64,000 nucleotides of DNA from contig JAVRCV020000061.1 in assembly GCA_034530615.2 (NCBI GenBank), forward strand, positions 25,838-89,837. The letters run 5' to 3'. Shown here piece after piece: positions 29,750 through 39,760 of this stretch. Within the stretch, counting starts at the first letter, position 1; every line of letters starts with the position of its first letter. The notes under the pieces were generated by a model. It was not told where the DNA came from. It saw nothing but the letters and a program-made list of their open reading frames with translations, and did not search any database. Origin of the DNA: Aulosira sp. ZfuVER01. GTDB taxonomy: Bacteria; Cyanobacteriota; Cyanobacteriia; Cyanobacteriales; Nostocaceae. Made by a program: the position numbers and the translations under genes.

Positions 29750-29809
29750 TATTAGTAGTTAGTTATTTCTTCCTCCCCCTGCTCCCTGCTCCCTGCCCCC
29801 CTGCCTCTG

Positions 29810-30955
29810 CTACCCCAAGCAATCTTTCAGGGCATAAATCACTTGGTCTTGCTGTTCTTGTGTCAGTTCTGGGAACATGGGTAAAGATATTACCTCATGA
29901 CAGATTTGCTCTGCTACTGGTAATTGCCCTGGTTGATAGCCCAGATTTTGATAAATTGGCTGTAAATGTAAAGGCAAGGGGTAGTAAACCATTGAACTCA
30001 CGCCCCGTTCCTGCAATTGCTGACGCACTGAATCGCGATATTTGGCGGTAGCACCGTTTCGCCCTTCACCGGAGATGCGAATTGTGTATTGATTCCATAC
30101 TCCAACGCCCCCAGTTAATTCATGAGGTGCGATGATACCGGGAACTTGGCTGAGGAACTGGTGATAATAAGCTGCGATCGCTCGTCGTCTTTCATTCCAA
30201 TTATCTAGATGACGCAGTTTAATTTCTAGAATCGCTGCTTGTATCGCATCCAAGCGGCTATTTACACCAATTTCTTCATGGATGTAGCGAACTTTGCTGC
30301 CATGATCTCGTAATACGCGCAGTTTGCTAGCAATCTCTGGGTCATTAGTTGTGATTGCTCCGCCATCACCGCAGCCGCCAAGGTTCTTAGTGGGGTAAAA
30401 ACTGAAGCATCCAATGTGTCCAATGCTGCCAACTTTTTGATCGTCCCAGGTTGCGCCTGTAGATTGGGCACAATCTTCAATTACTGCCAAATTGTGAGAT
30501 TGAGCGATCGCCATCAGCGCTGTCATATCTACAGGTTGCCCAAACAGATGAACTGGGATAATGGCTTTAGTTTTGGGTGTAATTGCCGCTGCTACCTGCT
30601 GTAAATTGAGATTAAACGTATCATCAATATCAACAAAAACTGGCTTGGCACCTACAGCACTAATTACTTCAGCCGTAGCAATAAAGGTGAAAGTTGTCGT
30701 AATTACTTCATCACCTGCACCAATATTCAAAGCGCGTAGCGAGAGAAAAAGTGCATCAGTACCGGAATTACAAGCTATACATTCAGTTACACCATGATAA
30801 GCGGCTAACTGTTTTTCAAAACCTTCTACTACAGGCCCACCAATATAACGACCAGAAGCCAGAATCTCTAATACAACTGCACTCACCTCTGCTTCGAGAG
30901 TGGAGTATTGCTGTTTAATATCAAAAGCAGGAACAGAATTTACACTTTGGATCAT
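29810..30955 (-). CDS. DegT/DnrJ/EryC1/StrS family aminotransferase
   Basis: CNSGTDAL, PVHLFGQ, IEDCAQ and SFYPTKNLG (PLP lysine). Confidence 0.92.
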   Translation of the reverse strand: MIQSVNSVPAFDIKQQYSTLEAEVSAVVLEILASGRYIGGPVVEGFEKQLAAYHGVTECIACNSGTDALFLSLRALNIGAGDEVITTTFTFIATAEVISAVGAKPVFVDIDDTFNLNLQQVAAAITPKTKAIIPVHLFGQPVDMTALMAIAQSHNLAVIEDCAQSTGATWDDQKVGSIGHIGCFSFYPTKNLGGCGDGGAITTNDPEIASKLRVLRDHGSKVRYIHEEIGVNSRLDAIQAAILEIKLRHLDNWNERRRAIAAYYHQFLSQVPGIIAPHELTGGVGVWNQYTIRISGEGRNGATAKYRDSVRQQLQERGVSSMVYYPLPLHLQPIYQNLGYQPGQLPVAEQICHEVISLPMFPELTQEQQDQVIYALKDCLG

Positions 30956-31216
30956 GAGTTTTTATTGATCTGGAAATACAAAAGATGCACTTCGACGGTC
31001 AATTGTTGCTGATTGAATTGTGAATCAAAAAGCCGGGTTAAGACTGTCACCTAAGCTACGCATCACTGAGGGTTTATACCGGGATTATTTTATAAGGAAG
31101 GCTAACATGGTTTTGTGCAAAAAGGTATTGTATATCAACCAAGAGCCAACACCGAGAATCTAAGTTCCTAGTGTGTAGACTGTTCTAAGAATAAAATCTC
31201 AGGAGGTAAATAACCA

Positions 31217-31996
31217 ATGCAAGATCTCATCAAGCTAGATTTGGCTGATTTGGCGATCGCAATTGGCTTAATGGCGATTGCGGTTGGTTTATCTGCTTGG
31301 GAAAAATTAGGACTAGAGTTTAACTTCGTCGTCGCTACCGGGAGAACTATTCTCCAACTAGTCGTCTTGGGATACGTTTTAGACTTCATCTTTGCTGTAG
31401 ACAATGTTTGGGCAGTTTTGGCGATTTTACTAATTATGCTGACGATTACGGCGATTGTCTCACGAAACCGCATCAGCCAAAAACTTCCCCGCGTGTTGCC
31501 TTGGGTGTGGGGGTCAATTTTTGTGAGTACAGCATTGACAGTGCTTTATAGCATTTTTTTGATTATTGAACCAGAAAGATGGTATGAACCCAGGTATATC
31601 ATTCCTTTAGCTGGGGTTGTGTTAGGTAATGCCATGAATGCAGCTGCGATCGCTGGAGAAAGGCTGGTAAATACTATCAATTCATCGCATTTAGAAATAG
31701 AAACCCACTTAAGCTTAGGCGCAACTCCCCAGCAAGCCATTAGCCAGTACCGCAGAGAAGCCATTCGCGCTGGATTGATTCCTACTTTAAATCAAATGAT
31801 GCTCATCGGTATGGTTGCATTACCAGGAATCACCACTGGACAGTTATTAGCTGGAGTCAAACCGCCAGATGCTATATCTTATGAAATTTTGCTGGTATTT
31901 ATGGTTGCTTTTGCTAACTTGCTAACAACATTGTTAGTCACGCGAGGATTATGTCGTCAGTTTTTTAACTCTGTTGCCCAGTTGGTGAGATTATGA
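31217..31996 (+). CDS. fetB: ABC transporter permease FetB (UPF0014)
   Basis: YIIPLAGVVLGNAMN, LSLGATP and GMVALPGITTGQLLAG. Confidence 0.85.
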   Translation: MQDLIKLDLADLAIAIGLMAIAVGLSAWEKLGLEFNFVVATGRTILQLVVLGYVLDFIFAVDNVWAVLAILLIMLTITAIVSRNRISQKLPRVLPWVWGSIFVSTALTVLYSIFLIIEPERWYEPRYIIPLAGVVLGNAMNAAAIAGERLVNTINSSHLEIETHLSLGATPQQAISQYRREAIRAGLIPTLNQMMLIGMVALPGITTGQLLAGVKPPDAISYEILLVFMVAFANLLTTLLVTRGLCRQFFNSVAQLVRL

Positions 31997-32046
31997 GGAT
32001 TTCAATTTCCCATGTTGTATTTAAGTATTAATAAACAATAACAAAT

Positions 32047-32454
32047 ATGAACATAGAACAAGAAGACTTATTAGAAATTACTAAAAATTATCTTAAAGCT
32101 ATAGAAGAAGGCAAAACAGCGGATGAACTTGCTTTTTTTTATTCTCAATCAGTAGAGCAAATAGAATATCCCAATCGTCTAATACCTAATGGAGCCAAAA
32201 GAAATCTTCATGATTTAAAGGAAGCTTCATTAAGAGGTAAAGAAGTAATAATCAGTCAAACTTACGATATTCAAAAATCTTACGTTGTAGGTAAAACAGT
32301 AATTTTAGAAACAATCTGGACAGCTAAAATAGCTGTTTCCATTGGACAAATCCCATCTGGGGGACAGATGAAAGCTTATTTTGCTCAATTTATTGAATTT
32401 GAAGATGGCAAAATAGTTCGCCAGAGGACATACGACTGTTTTGAACCATTCTAA
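32047..32454 (+). CDS. SnoaL/NTF2-like protein
   Basis: 135 aa; FIEFEDGKIVRQRTYDCFEPF C-terminus. Confidence 0.8.
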   Translation: MNIEQEDLLEITKNYLKAIEEGKTADELAFFYSQSVEQIEYPNRLIPNGAKRNLHDLKEASLRGKEVIISQTYDIQKSYVVGKTVILETIWTAKIAVSIGQIPSGGQMKAYFAQFIEFEDGKIVRQRTYDCFEPF

Positions 32455-32596
32455 GGTCGCGTGCAATTAATAATAGTTTCAGGCTGAAATGACAATGTTG
32501 TAGTTTTGCTACGATATTTCTCCTATAGTGGAACTAATTACTGCCTCTAAAGTCATATTTACTTATAAAAAAATTCGTGAATTAGGTAATTAAGAT

Positions 32597-33859
32597 ATGA
32601 AACTTAAATCTATAAATACAGCAGTAGCCTTAGCTTTGATTAGTGTAGGTTTGTCACAAACTGCCTATAGTAAAACTCCTAGTACAAATAATGCGCAACT
32701 AACACAAGAAGTTGCGGTAATGCGATCGCAGGGGACACGCGGTTTAGAAAAATTTCTTAATACTCATGCCCAGGAACTGAAAAACCCTTCGCCACAGATG
32801 CGCGAAGCCTTAGATAAGCTTTGCCAACAACGGGATTGTTACGCTTCTAAACTTTATTGGTACACCGATTTAGAACAAGCTAAAGCAGCTGCTAAAGCTA
32901 GTAATAAACCCATCCTCTCACTCCGGTTGTTGGGTAATCTAGATCAAGATTTAAGTTGTGCCAATAGCCGCTTTTTCCGGGTGTCTTTATATCCCAATGC
33001 AGAAATTTCTCAATTCCTGCGCGATCGCTACATTCTACACTGGCAATCTGTACGTCCAGTACCCAAAGTTACCGTAGATTTTGGCGACGGACGCAAGCTA
33101 GAACGCACCCTTACAGGTAATAGCATTCACTACATCCTAGATAGTACTGGTGAGCCAGTCGATGCAATTCCTGGCTTATACGGGCCACAAGCTTTCTTAC
33201 GTCAGTTAGTTGCTGGAGAGAAAGCAGTTAAAGAATATAGCAATTCACGAGGTGTAGTACGTGCTGGCTTTTTGCGTGACTACCACCGTCAACAATTAGC
33301 TTCTACTCAACGCCAATGGGGAGCAGATTTAGCAAAACTCGGTATCAAAAACCTCCCTCGCCTTGTGGAAATGCCTAATGAGAATGAAACACCCAGCGCT
33401 AGCGTAGCTGGTACCCTAGCTGTCAGTAAGATGCGAGTTGAATCTCCCTTACTGCGAAACATCACTTCTGCTACGAATAATCAAACAGCACTGCAAGACA
33501 TTACTGATTCAGCAACATGGCAACGAATTGCCCAACTCTATACCAAAGATGCAAAGTTAGATAATAACAGTATTTCATTAATACGTAACAAACGCTTTCA
33601 AGAAAGCAATGCTAATAATTTAAACCGTGTTGTTGGCAATTTTGAAGCAGCAATGGCATTAGATTCTGTCAGAAATGAATATACATTGCACAGCCAAATT
33701 CATCAGTGGTTTATGCAGGGTAATGCAACCGATGATGTCAGCAAGTTAAATGAAAAAGTCTACAGCGAATTGTTTTTAACTCCTAATTCAGATCCTTGGT
33801 TGGGGCTGATGAGTAGTGAAAGTTACAGTGCTATTGATAATGATGGAATTCGCAAGTAA
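32597..33859 (+). CDS. Secreted hypothetical protein with a thioredoxin-like domain
   Basis: Signal peptide; WYTDLEQAKAAAKASNKPIL..SCANSR. Confidence 0.65.
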   Translation: MKLKSINTAVALALISVGLSQTAYSKTPSTNNAQLTQEVAVMRSQGTRGLEKFLNTHAQELKNPSPQMREALDKLCQQRDCYASKLYWYTDLEQAKAAAKASNKPILSLRLLGNLDQDLSCANSRFFRVSLYPNAEISQFLRDRYILHWQSVRPVPKVTVDFGDGRKLERTLTGNSIHYILDSTGEPVDAIPGLYGPQAFLRQLVAGEKAVKEYSNSRGVVRAGFLRDYHRQQLASTQRQWGADLAKLGIKNLPRLVEMPNENETPSASVAGTLAVSKMRVESPLLRNITSATNNQTALQDITDSATWQRIAQLYTKDAKLDNNSISLIRNKRFQESNANNLNRVVGNFEAAMALDSVRNEYTLHSQIHQWFMQGNATDDVSKLNEKVYSELFLTPNSDPWLGLMSSESYSAIDNDGIRK

Positions 33860-33877
33860 TTAAACCGTTGGGTGTGG

Positions 33878-33988
33878 GGCAAAAGTAACAATTCCGCCTC
33901 GCTCTAATGCCCATATTCAACAACAGGGTAACTCTAAAGCACTGCCAGATCCAATGAAAAACTCCACCTACAAGGGGATGGAGTTTTT
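33878..33988 (-). mobile_element. Structured non-coding remnant, probably the end of an IS200/IS605-type element
   Basis: Terminal hairpin aaaaactcca-N12-tggagttttt plus two further stems; no ORF follows; family assignment is from recollection only. Confidence 0.45.
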
Positions 33989-34064
33989 GGGCATGGGGAA
34001 TGGGGCATAGGAAAGAGTCACCAATACCCTTATGCAACAAAGCTCCCTACCTCTACGGCGCGAA

Positions 34065-35306
34065 TTACTCTTGCTTCCGTCCCTTCGGGGTGAGTGCCCC
34101 TTCCTTAAACAGATCCGAGAGGTCGTTGGTGTTCGGTGAGTTTGCATCACCCAAAAAACCGCCGCCTGGTGCGTATACATCGAAGAGTTCTTCCCAGCTC
34201 TTCAGGTCGGACGAGTGGGTGTAATTCAAAGTACTATTATAGGCGTTGCCTTTGGCTAGAGGTGAGATTACGATTTCCTCCACGGTGTGGCTGAAGTCGT
34301 TCTGGTTAGTACCTTCAGTCTCATCCCACCAGATCACGATCGCGCCATCATCTTTGTAAGCAGCTGAAGACATGATCGTCGGAACGATCTTGGAAAGAAA
34401 GTTGTCACCCTGTGCAATTGCGGCTAGATCGCCTGTGTAATGCACGCCATTATAGTCAAAGCCAGCAGACAACGCAGTGTGTGAATCGTTGTATTGGTCT
34501 GGTGTAATCAGGGTGTAACTGGCAACCTTATTATGAGCTAGGTCGTCCTCTAATTGTTGCAATGGTGCATATTTACTGGCTAGAGGGTTTGCTGGTGTTG
34601 GATCGTTACCGCCGTTGCTGTCAGTGAAAAACAGATGACCGTCGTGTTTGGCAGCGAAATTATATTGATGGCTACCGTTGTAGGGGTTAGTGTAATCAGG
34701 TGATGTACCACTAAAGCTGCTCAGAGGGACAGTCCACTGGTTTTGAGGTAGAACCGTGCTGGTAAGCTGACCACTGGCATTTTTTGCCAGGTCAATGTCT
34801 TCTTGGTAGGATTTCCAAGAGATCCCAGCTTGATCGAGTAAAGCACTCAGATGGAGTTTAGTGTTCTGATTAGTGCCGCCTGGAACTTTGAAAGGATCGT
34901 TATCGTTCAACACGCCGAAGTTAGAGCCGGCTTCCTGCCAAATATAGTTTGGCTCGGATGGGTGGATGCTCGGGTTATTGCCGGATGGTGTAGCTAGGAC
35001 ATTATGGTAAGCAGTAGCGTAGGAGACATGAGCAGCATTCGGATTTCCGGGGGTGATGAGGCTGTTCTGATACGGGGCTGCGGGATTGTTGAATATTTGG
35101 TTGGGTGCCTTTGTGTCGCTGATTGGTTGCGTGAAGTTGTGGTTTTCCATATCTATGATGAAGATATGTTTGAGCCTTCTGCCCTTTTCGACTCTTACGC
35201 CGTTTTCGACCCCTTCAATGTTTTGCGCTATTACCGCTTGTACGCTGAGGAGGCTCCCAGCCGCAAACGCAACGGAAAGAATCGCCCACTTAAATAACTG
35301 TTGCAT
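34065..35306 (-). CDS. Secreted phosphoesterase (acid phosphatase/phospholipase C family)
   Basis: Signal peptide; HIFIIDMENH, HPSEPNY, AAKH, ITPDQYNDSH, IWWDE and YTHSS. Confidence 0.85.
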   Translation of the reverse strand: MQQLFKWAILSVAFAAGSLLSVQAVIAQNIEGVENGVRVEKGRRLKHIFIIDMENHNFTQPISDTKAPNQIFNNPAAPYQNSLITPGNPNAAHVSYATAYHNVLATPSGNNPSIHPSEPNYIWQEAGSNFGVLNDNDPFKVPGGTNQNTKLHLSALLDQAGISWKSYQEDIDLAKNASGQLTSTVLPQNQWTVPLSSFSGTSPDYTNPYNGSHQYNFAAKHDGHLFFTDSNGGNDPTPANPLASKYAPLQQLEDDLAHNKVASYTLITPDQYNDSHTALSAGFDYNGVHYTGDLAAIAQGDNFLSKIVPTIMSSAAYKDDGAIVIWWDETEGTNQNDFSHTVEEIVISPLAKGNAYNSTLNYTHSSDLKSWEELFDVYAPGGGFLGDANSPNTNDLSDLFKEGALTPKGRKQE

Positions 35307-35419
35307 TGATTTTTAAAAAATGATTGTCAGTACCCCAAACAATACTGATATAGGTTTAAGCACTAACTATTAAAGCTTTAAGGAAATGTTAACTGGTAGT
35401 AACGTGCAATCAAGACCTT

Positions 35420-35523
35420 ATACCAATTCACGAAAACCCTGATACATATAGATTCTTTATGAGGGCACAGCAATGCTGTGCCCCTACCCTCAGATTTGTA
35501 TCATTATTAAAGTGAAATGGTAT
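35420..35523. mobile_element. 104-bp ATACCAATT MITE-like element with internal REP hairpin
   Basis: Ends ataccaattcac / gtgaaatggtat; inner tgataca / tgtatca; gggcacagcaatgctgtgccc palindrome. Confidence 0.7.
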
Positions 35524-35539
35524 TAGAGGATGTTTGAAA

Positions 35540-35835
35540 CCCACATTCCGCAGATATTAACGCAGATTTAATAATTATGAAATTGGATAAACTCAAGCCT
35601 GGAATGATTTTCTGGCAATCATTCCAGGCTTTTTCCTATAAGATAATAAGGCTGTAAGCGGAGAGAAACCATGAATGAGGGACTAGAAGCAATAAAAGTC
35701 CTAGATATAGACCATTTGGGAATGGTAGCAGGAATAATAGACGAGATAGAATTGATAGAAGAAGTAAATAAAAAAGTAGGAATAAAAGTTAAGGAAACTT
35801 CATTGATAATCAAGAGAAGAAATATCGCCAAATAG
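35540..35835 (+). pseudogene. Truncated IS1634-family element (left end plus transposase N-terminus)
   Basis: CCCACATTCCGCAG at 35540; ORF 35671-35835 MNEGLEAIKVLDIDHLGMVAGIIDEIELIEEVNKKVG (DHLG motif) stops after 54 aa. Confidence 0.8.
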
Positions 35836-35918
35836 AGTTAGAGTAGGCAATGCTATCTCTACAATTGCCTACTAATATTCCACCCAATAGTAGAAATGGA
35901 GTGATATTTTAGGAAAAA

Positions 35919-36527
35919 CTAACTTGCAGCTAAATTACCCCAACCTACATAGGGTAGTTTTGCCGCAGTTTCCCGGACTTTATCAGCATTAGCTACTAAC
36001 TGACCGCAAGCATCCCAAGTTCCAGAAATAAAAGTGCTTCTCGTACCCTCACCAATAGAGATGGGGGTAGTGTAATCACCGATTTGTACTTGCAAAGTTT
36101 CCAGATTTACGGTCACAGATGTTTGTGGATTGGTAGCTACTAGTTCTTGCAGCTTTTTGATGGTAGCGCTATCAGCAGTCACACAAGGAATACCCATCGC
36201 TACGCAGTTACCAAAAAAAATTTCGGCAAAGCTTTCACCAATTAAGGCTTTAATGCCCCATTTAGCTAGTGCTTGGGGTGCGTGTTCCCGTGATGAACCA
36301 CAGCCAAAGTTGCGGTTAACTATTAAGATATTCGCCCCTTGATATTGTGGTTGGTCAAAGGGATGCTGTCCTTTGAGTGCTGTGCGATCGTCAATAAAAG
36401 CACCTTCACCTAATCCATCAAATGTAATGGCTTTTAAATAGCGGGCGGGGATGATGCGATCGGTATCTATATCATCACCTACTAAAGGTACGCCGCGCCC
36501 GGAGACTGTTTTAACTTCACTGACCAT
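35919..36527 (-). CDS. leuD: 3-isopropylmalate dehydratase small subunit
   Basis: [25 protein letters not shown] and SFAEIFFGN. Confidence 0.96.
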   Translation of the reverse strand: MVSEVKTVSGRGVPLVGDDIDTDRIIPARYLKAITFDGLGEGAFIDDRTALKGQHPFDQPQYQGANILIVNRNFGCGSSREHAPQALAKWGIKALIGESFAEIFFGNCVAMGIPCVTADSATIKKLQELVATNPQTSVTVNLETLQVQIGDYTTPISIGEGTRSTFISGTWDACGQLVANADKVRETAAKLPYVGWGNLAAS

Positions 36528-36605
36528 AAATTTAGTAAAAAACGAACCGCGAAGGACACAAAGAACACAAAGAAATCAGAAGATTTGGAGAGAGTTTTGT
36601 TTTTA

Positions 36606-36685
36606 GTAGGGTGTGTTATGCCGCAGGCTAACGCACCATCCGAGATTTTCGTTGCGTTAGGACTAATGTCCATAACGCACCCGAC
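36606..36685. repeat. GTAG-family REP doublet
   Basis: gtagggtgtgttatgccgcaggctaacgcacc plus an inverted partner; near-identical to the arm at 50645-50676. Confidence 0.75.
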
Positions 36686-36701
36686 TAATTCATTCAATTA
36701 A

Positions 36702-38105
36702 CTACAGTAAATCGCGCACATCAGCGACTTCACCTTTAATTGCCGCAGTCGCCACCATCGCCGGACTCATCAGTAGCGTGCGACCAGAAGCTGAACCTTG
36801 CCTACCTTTAAAGTTGCGGTTGGAAGACGAGGCGCTGATTTGTCTTCCCTGTAGTTTGTCTGGGTTCATAGCTAAACACATAGAACATCCTGGTTCGCGC
36901 CATTCAAACCCAGCTGCTTGGAAGATTTTGTCTAATCCTTCGGCTTCGGCTTCTTTTTTCACTCTTTCGGAACCAGGGACGACAAAGGCTTTGACACCTG
37001 ATGCTACATGGCGACCTTGGGCAATTTTCGCAGCTTCCCGCAAATCGCTGATTCTACCGTTGGTGCAGCTGCCAATAAAGCAAACATCTACTTTTGTACC
37101 TTTGATTGGTTGACCGGGAAACAAATCCATGTAATTGTAAGCTTCTTCAGCTACAAATCGGTCTTCTTCGGGCAGTTCGTCGGGCTTGGGTATGAGTTGG
37201 TTAACACCAATACCTTGACCGGGAGTAATTCCCCAGGTAACTGTGGGAGGAATTTCCGCAGCGTCAAATACTACTACATCGTCGTATTCAGCATCAGTAT
37301 CACTCTTAATGGATTCCCACCAAGCTACAGCTTTGTCCCAATCTGCACCCTTGGGTGCGAAGTCTCTATCTTTGAGGTAGTCGTAGGTGACTCGATCGGG
37401 GTTGACGTAGCCGCAACGGGCCCCACCTTCGATCGCCATGTTGCAGACAGTCATCCTTTCTTCCATGTTCATTTGCTCAAAGGTTGTACCTGCGTATTCG
37501 TAGGCGTAACCTACCCCACCTTTAACGCCCAAGGTACGGATGATATGCAGGATGACATCTTTGGCGTAGACACCAGGGTTGAGGGTGCCATTGACTTCGA
37601 TTTTGCGGACTTTTAATTTTGAGAGGGCAAGAGTTTGAGAAGCTAGAACATCGCGTACTTGGCTAGTACCAATACCAAATGCGATCGCCCCAAATGCACC
37701 ATGACTAGAAGTATGACTATCACCGCAAGCGATCGTCATTCCTGGCTGGGTAAGTCCTTGTTCTGGAGCGATGACGTGGACAATACCTTGACTGCCAGAA
37801 CCAATGTTATAAAATGTAATACCATTTTCTTTACAGTTCTGCTCTAGCGCCTGGATCATTTCCTCTGCCATAGTATCGACAAAAGGACGTGCCTGATTAT
37901 CTGTAGGTACAATATGATCTACCGTAGCGATCGTGCGCTGAGGAAACAGTACCTTTAAACCTCGTTCCCGTAACATCGCAAAGGCCTGGGGACTGGTGAC
38001 TTCATGGATGAGGTGAAGCCCGATAAATAGTTGCGTTAGTCCTGATGGAAGTGTCCCAACCGTGTGTAAGTCCCAAACTTTATCGAACAGGGTGCCTTTG
38101 CTCAT
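36702..38105 (-). CDS. leuC: 3-isopropylmalate dehydratase large subunit
   Basis: [31 protein letters not shown] and GCSMCLAMN. Confidence 0.97.
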   Translation of the reverse strand: MSKGTLFDKVWDLHTVGTLPSGLTQLFIGLHLIHEVTSPQAFAMLRERGLKVLFPQRTIATVDHIVPTDNQARPFVDTMAEEMIQALEQNCKENGITFYNIGSGSQGIVHVIAPEQGLTQPGMTIACGDSHTSSHGAFGAIAFGIGTSQVRDVLASQTLALSKLKVRKIEVNGTLNPGVYAKDVILHIIRTLGVKGGVGYAYEYAGTTFEQMNMEERMTVCNMAIEGGARCGYVNPDRVTYDYLKDRDFAPKGADWDKAVAWWESIKSDTDAEYDDVVVFDAAEIPPTVTWGITPGQGIGVNQLIPKPDELPEEDRFVAEEAYNYMDLFPGQPIKGTKVDVCFIGSCTNGRISDLREAAKIAQGRHVASGVKAFVVPGSERVKKEAEAEGLDKIFQAAGFEWREPGCSMCLAMNPDKLQGRQISASSSNRNFKGRQGSASGRTLLMSPAMVATAAIKGEVADVRDLL

Positions 38106-38276
38106 ACATCAATCGTTATTTAACGAGTCAGAGTTTTTATAGTATCAAAAAATTGTCAGGCTTTTGCTATGTGAATTGCTTGACTTTATTTAATAATCTC
38201 AACGGCACAAATGCCTTCTGCCTTTCTTCGTAAATATACTAGCTTCTAATCTTGACAACCGTTTCTACTCAATATT

Positions 38277-39080
38277 ATGACTTCTCAACCTTTGGATGCA
38301 TCTATTATTACTGCACTAGCAGACTTTGAAAAATCTAATGCCCCCAGTGTGTGGACTAATTTGGACAAAAAACAAGTAATAGCGGAGATAAAAATCCGCC
38401 TCAACGATCCATTTCAAGTTAACCAGGGGGGACAACCATTTTGCGGGCCAGCATCTATTTTGTTTGAACTGATTCGCAAACAACCGCTGAAATACGTGCA
38501 AATTTGCCGCAGTCTGTTTGAAACTGGCAGTTTTCCCGGACAAACTAAAACTATTCAAGCATCACCGAGATTGCGGCAAAGTCAAGGTAGACTGCGGATG
38601 AGCCAAGCGGATTGGATGGTTTTGGCAACATTAAGGGAATCAGAAAATCTCATTTTTCCGGTTGAACCAGATGCACCCGATATTATTCGCAATTTAGCTG
38701 GAATGACCAAATCTTGGGAAATGAAAGGCTGGATGGGTGAAGTCTTAGGCTACCGCCAAGTCAAGTACATTCATACATATATATATGGTGAAACTGAAGC
38801 TTTGAATACAGCAGCACAAATTATTGCTTCTGGTGGTGTGGCTTGTGCATTAATTACTGCTGAAGGTTTACTTGGCAGTGGGAATAAGCCCTTTTTACCT
38901 TACCCCAACCATTGGATAACAATACTGGGGAATATCTCCATCAAAAGAGGTTTATTATGGTCAAATGATAGCGGACGTTTCAGTATGGATGTTTACTCTT
39001 GGGCGAATAAATATCACATCGACCTAGGTAAAGCCCCATTTGAGGATTACTTCTGGGGTGTGGTATTGGGTTCAATGTAA
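38277..39080 (+). CDS. Hypothetical protein, possible papain-fold cysteine protease
   Basis: NQGGQPFCGPAS, PNHWITI and VYSWA. Confidence 0.55.
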   Translation: MTSQPLDASIITALADFEKSNAPSVWTNLDKKQVIAEIKIRLNDPFQVNQGGQPFCGPASILFELIRKQPLKYVQICRSLFETGSFPGQTKTIQASPRLRQSQGRLRMSQADWMVLATLRESENLIFPVEPDAPDIIRNLAGMTKSWEMKGWMGEVLGYRQVKYIHTYIYGETEALNTAAQIIASGGVACALITAEGLLGSGNKPFLPYPNHWITILGNISIKRGLLWSNDSGRFSMDVYSWANKYHIDLGKAPFEDYFWGVVLGSM

Positions 39081-39232
39081 AGGAAAAATAAATGCAAGTG
39101 AAACCTTAAGGTTGGGGTAAGCGTCAATAGCGTCAGCAGTTATCCGAATTAGTCCAGATGAGATTTTTCGTCTTGGGATAAAGTAGTTGAGATAATTAAA
39201 ATACAAGCTGAAATTCTAAATTGTAAATTGCT

Positions 39233-39730
39233 ATGATGCTCCCCTATAAATTGCCCAGAGCGCAAATACGTCGCTGTGCCTTAGCTTTGGTGTTACCCGC
39301 CACACTCTTGGGCGCAATGCTTCTTCCTCCCCAAGTGCAAACCGTGACTGCACAAACAGCAGCGGGAAACCGCCCTTTAACTATTCGCTCTGATGTCCAA
39401 GAATATGATGCCAAAAGCCAAGTGGTAACTGCTCGCGGCAATGTGCAAATGTTGTATCCTGCACGCCAAATTCAGGCAACCGCTACACAAGCACAATACT
39501 TTAGTAAGGAACGCCGGATTGATTTCAGTGGCAATGTCTATATTTTGCAACAGGGTGGCAACAGTATTAGGGCAGAGAAAGTAACTTATCTAATTGACGA
39601 AGGAAGATTTGTTGCCCTACCCCAATCTAACCGTCAGGTAGAGTCTATTTACATGGTACAGGACTCAGAACTGGGCGGACAGTCTGCAAAACCTGCTCCG
39701 AAGACACCACCTCTCAAGCGTTCTAATTAG
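39233..39730 (+). CDS. lptA: LptA/OstA family LPS transport protein
   Basis: Signal peptide; LTIRSDVQEYD..TARGNV..FSGNVYILQ; lies upstream of lptB. Confidence 0.82.
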   Translation: MMLPYKLPRAQIRRCALALVLPATLLGAMLLPPQVQTVTAQTAAGNRPLTIRSDVQEYDAKSQVVTARGNVQMLYPARQIQATATQAQYFSKERRIDFSGNVYILQQGGNSIRAEKVTYLIDEGRFVALPQSNRQVESIYMVQDSELGGQSAKPAPKTPPLKRSN

Positions 39731-39760
39731 CAGCAGTTATAGAGTAAGGGCGTCTCTAGC

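Noticed and set aside
29716..30051. ORF beginning MGHGALGIGHW (and similar ORFs at 41787-42096 and 25369-25557)
   Set aside because: Translations of STRR heptamer repeats overlapping real genes
35619..35831. 70-aa minus-strand ORF
   Set aside because: Antisense of the IS1634 transposase fragment
37008..37616. 202-aa antisense ORF in leuC (also 29280-29675 and 59195-59755)
   Set aside because: Shadow frames of well-supported genes with no recognisable motifs
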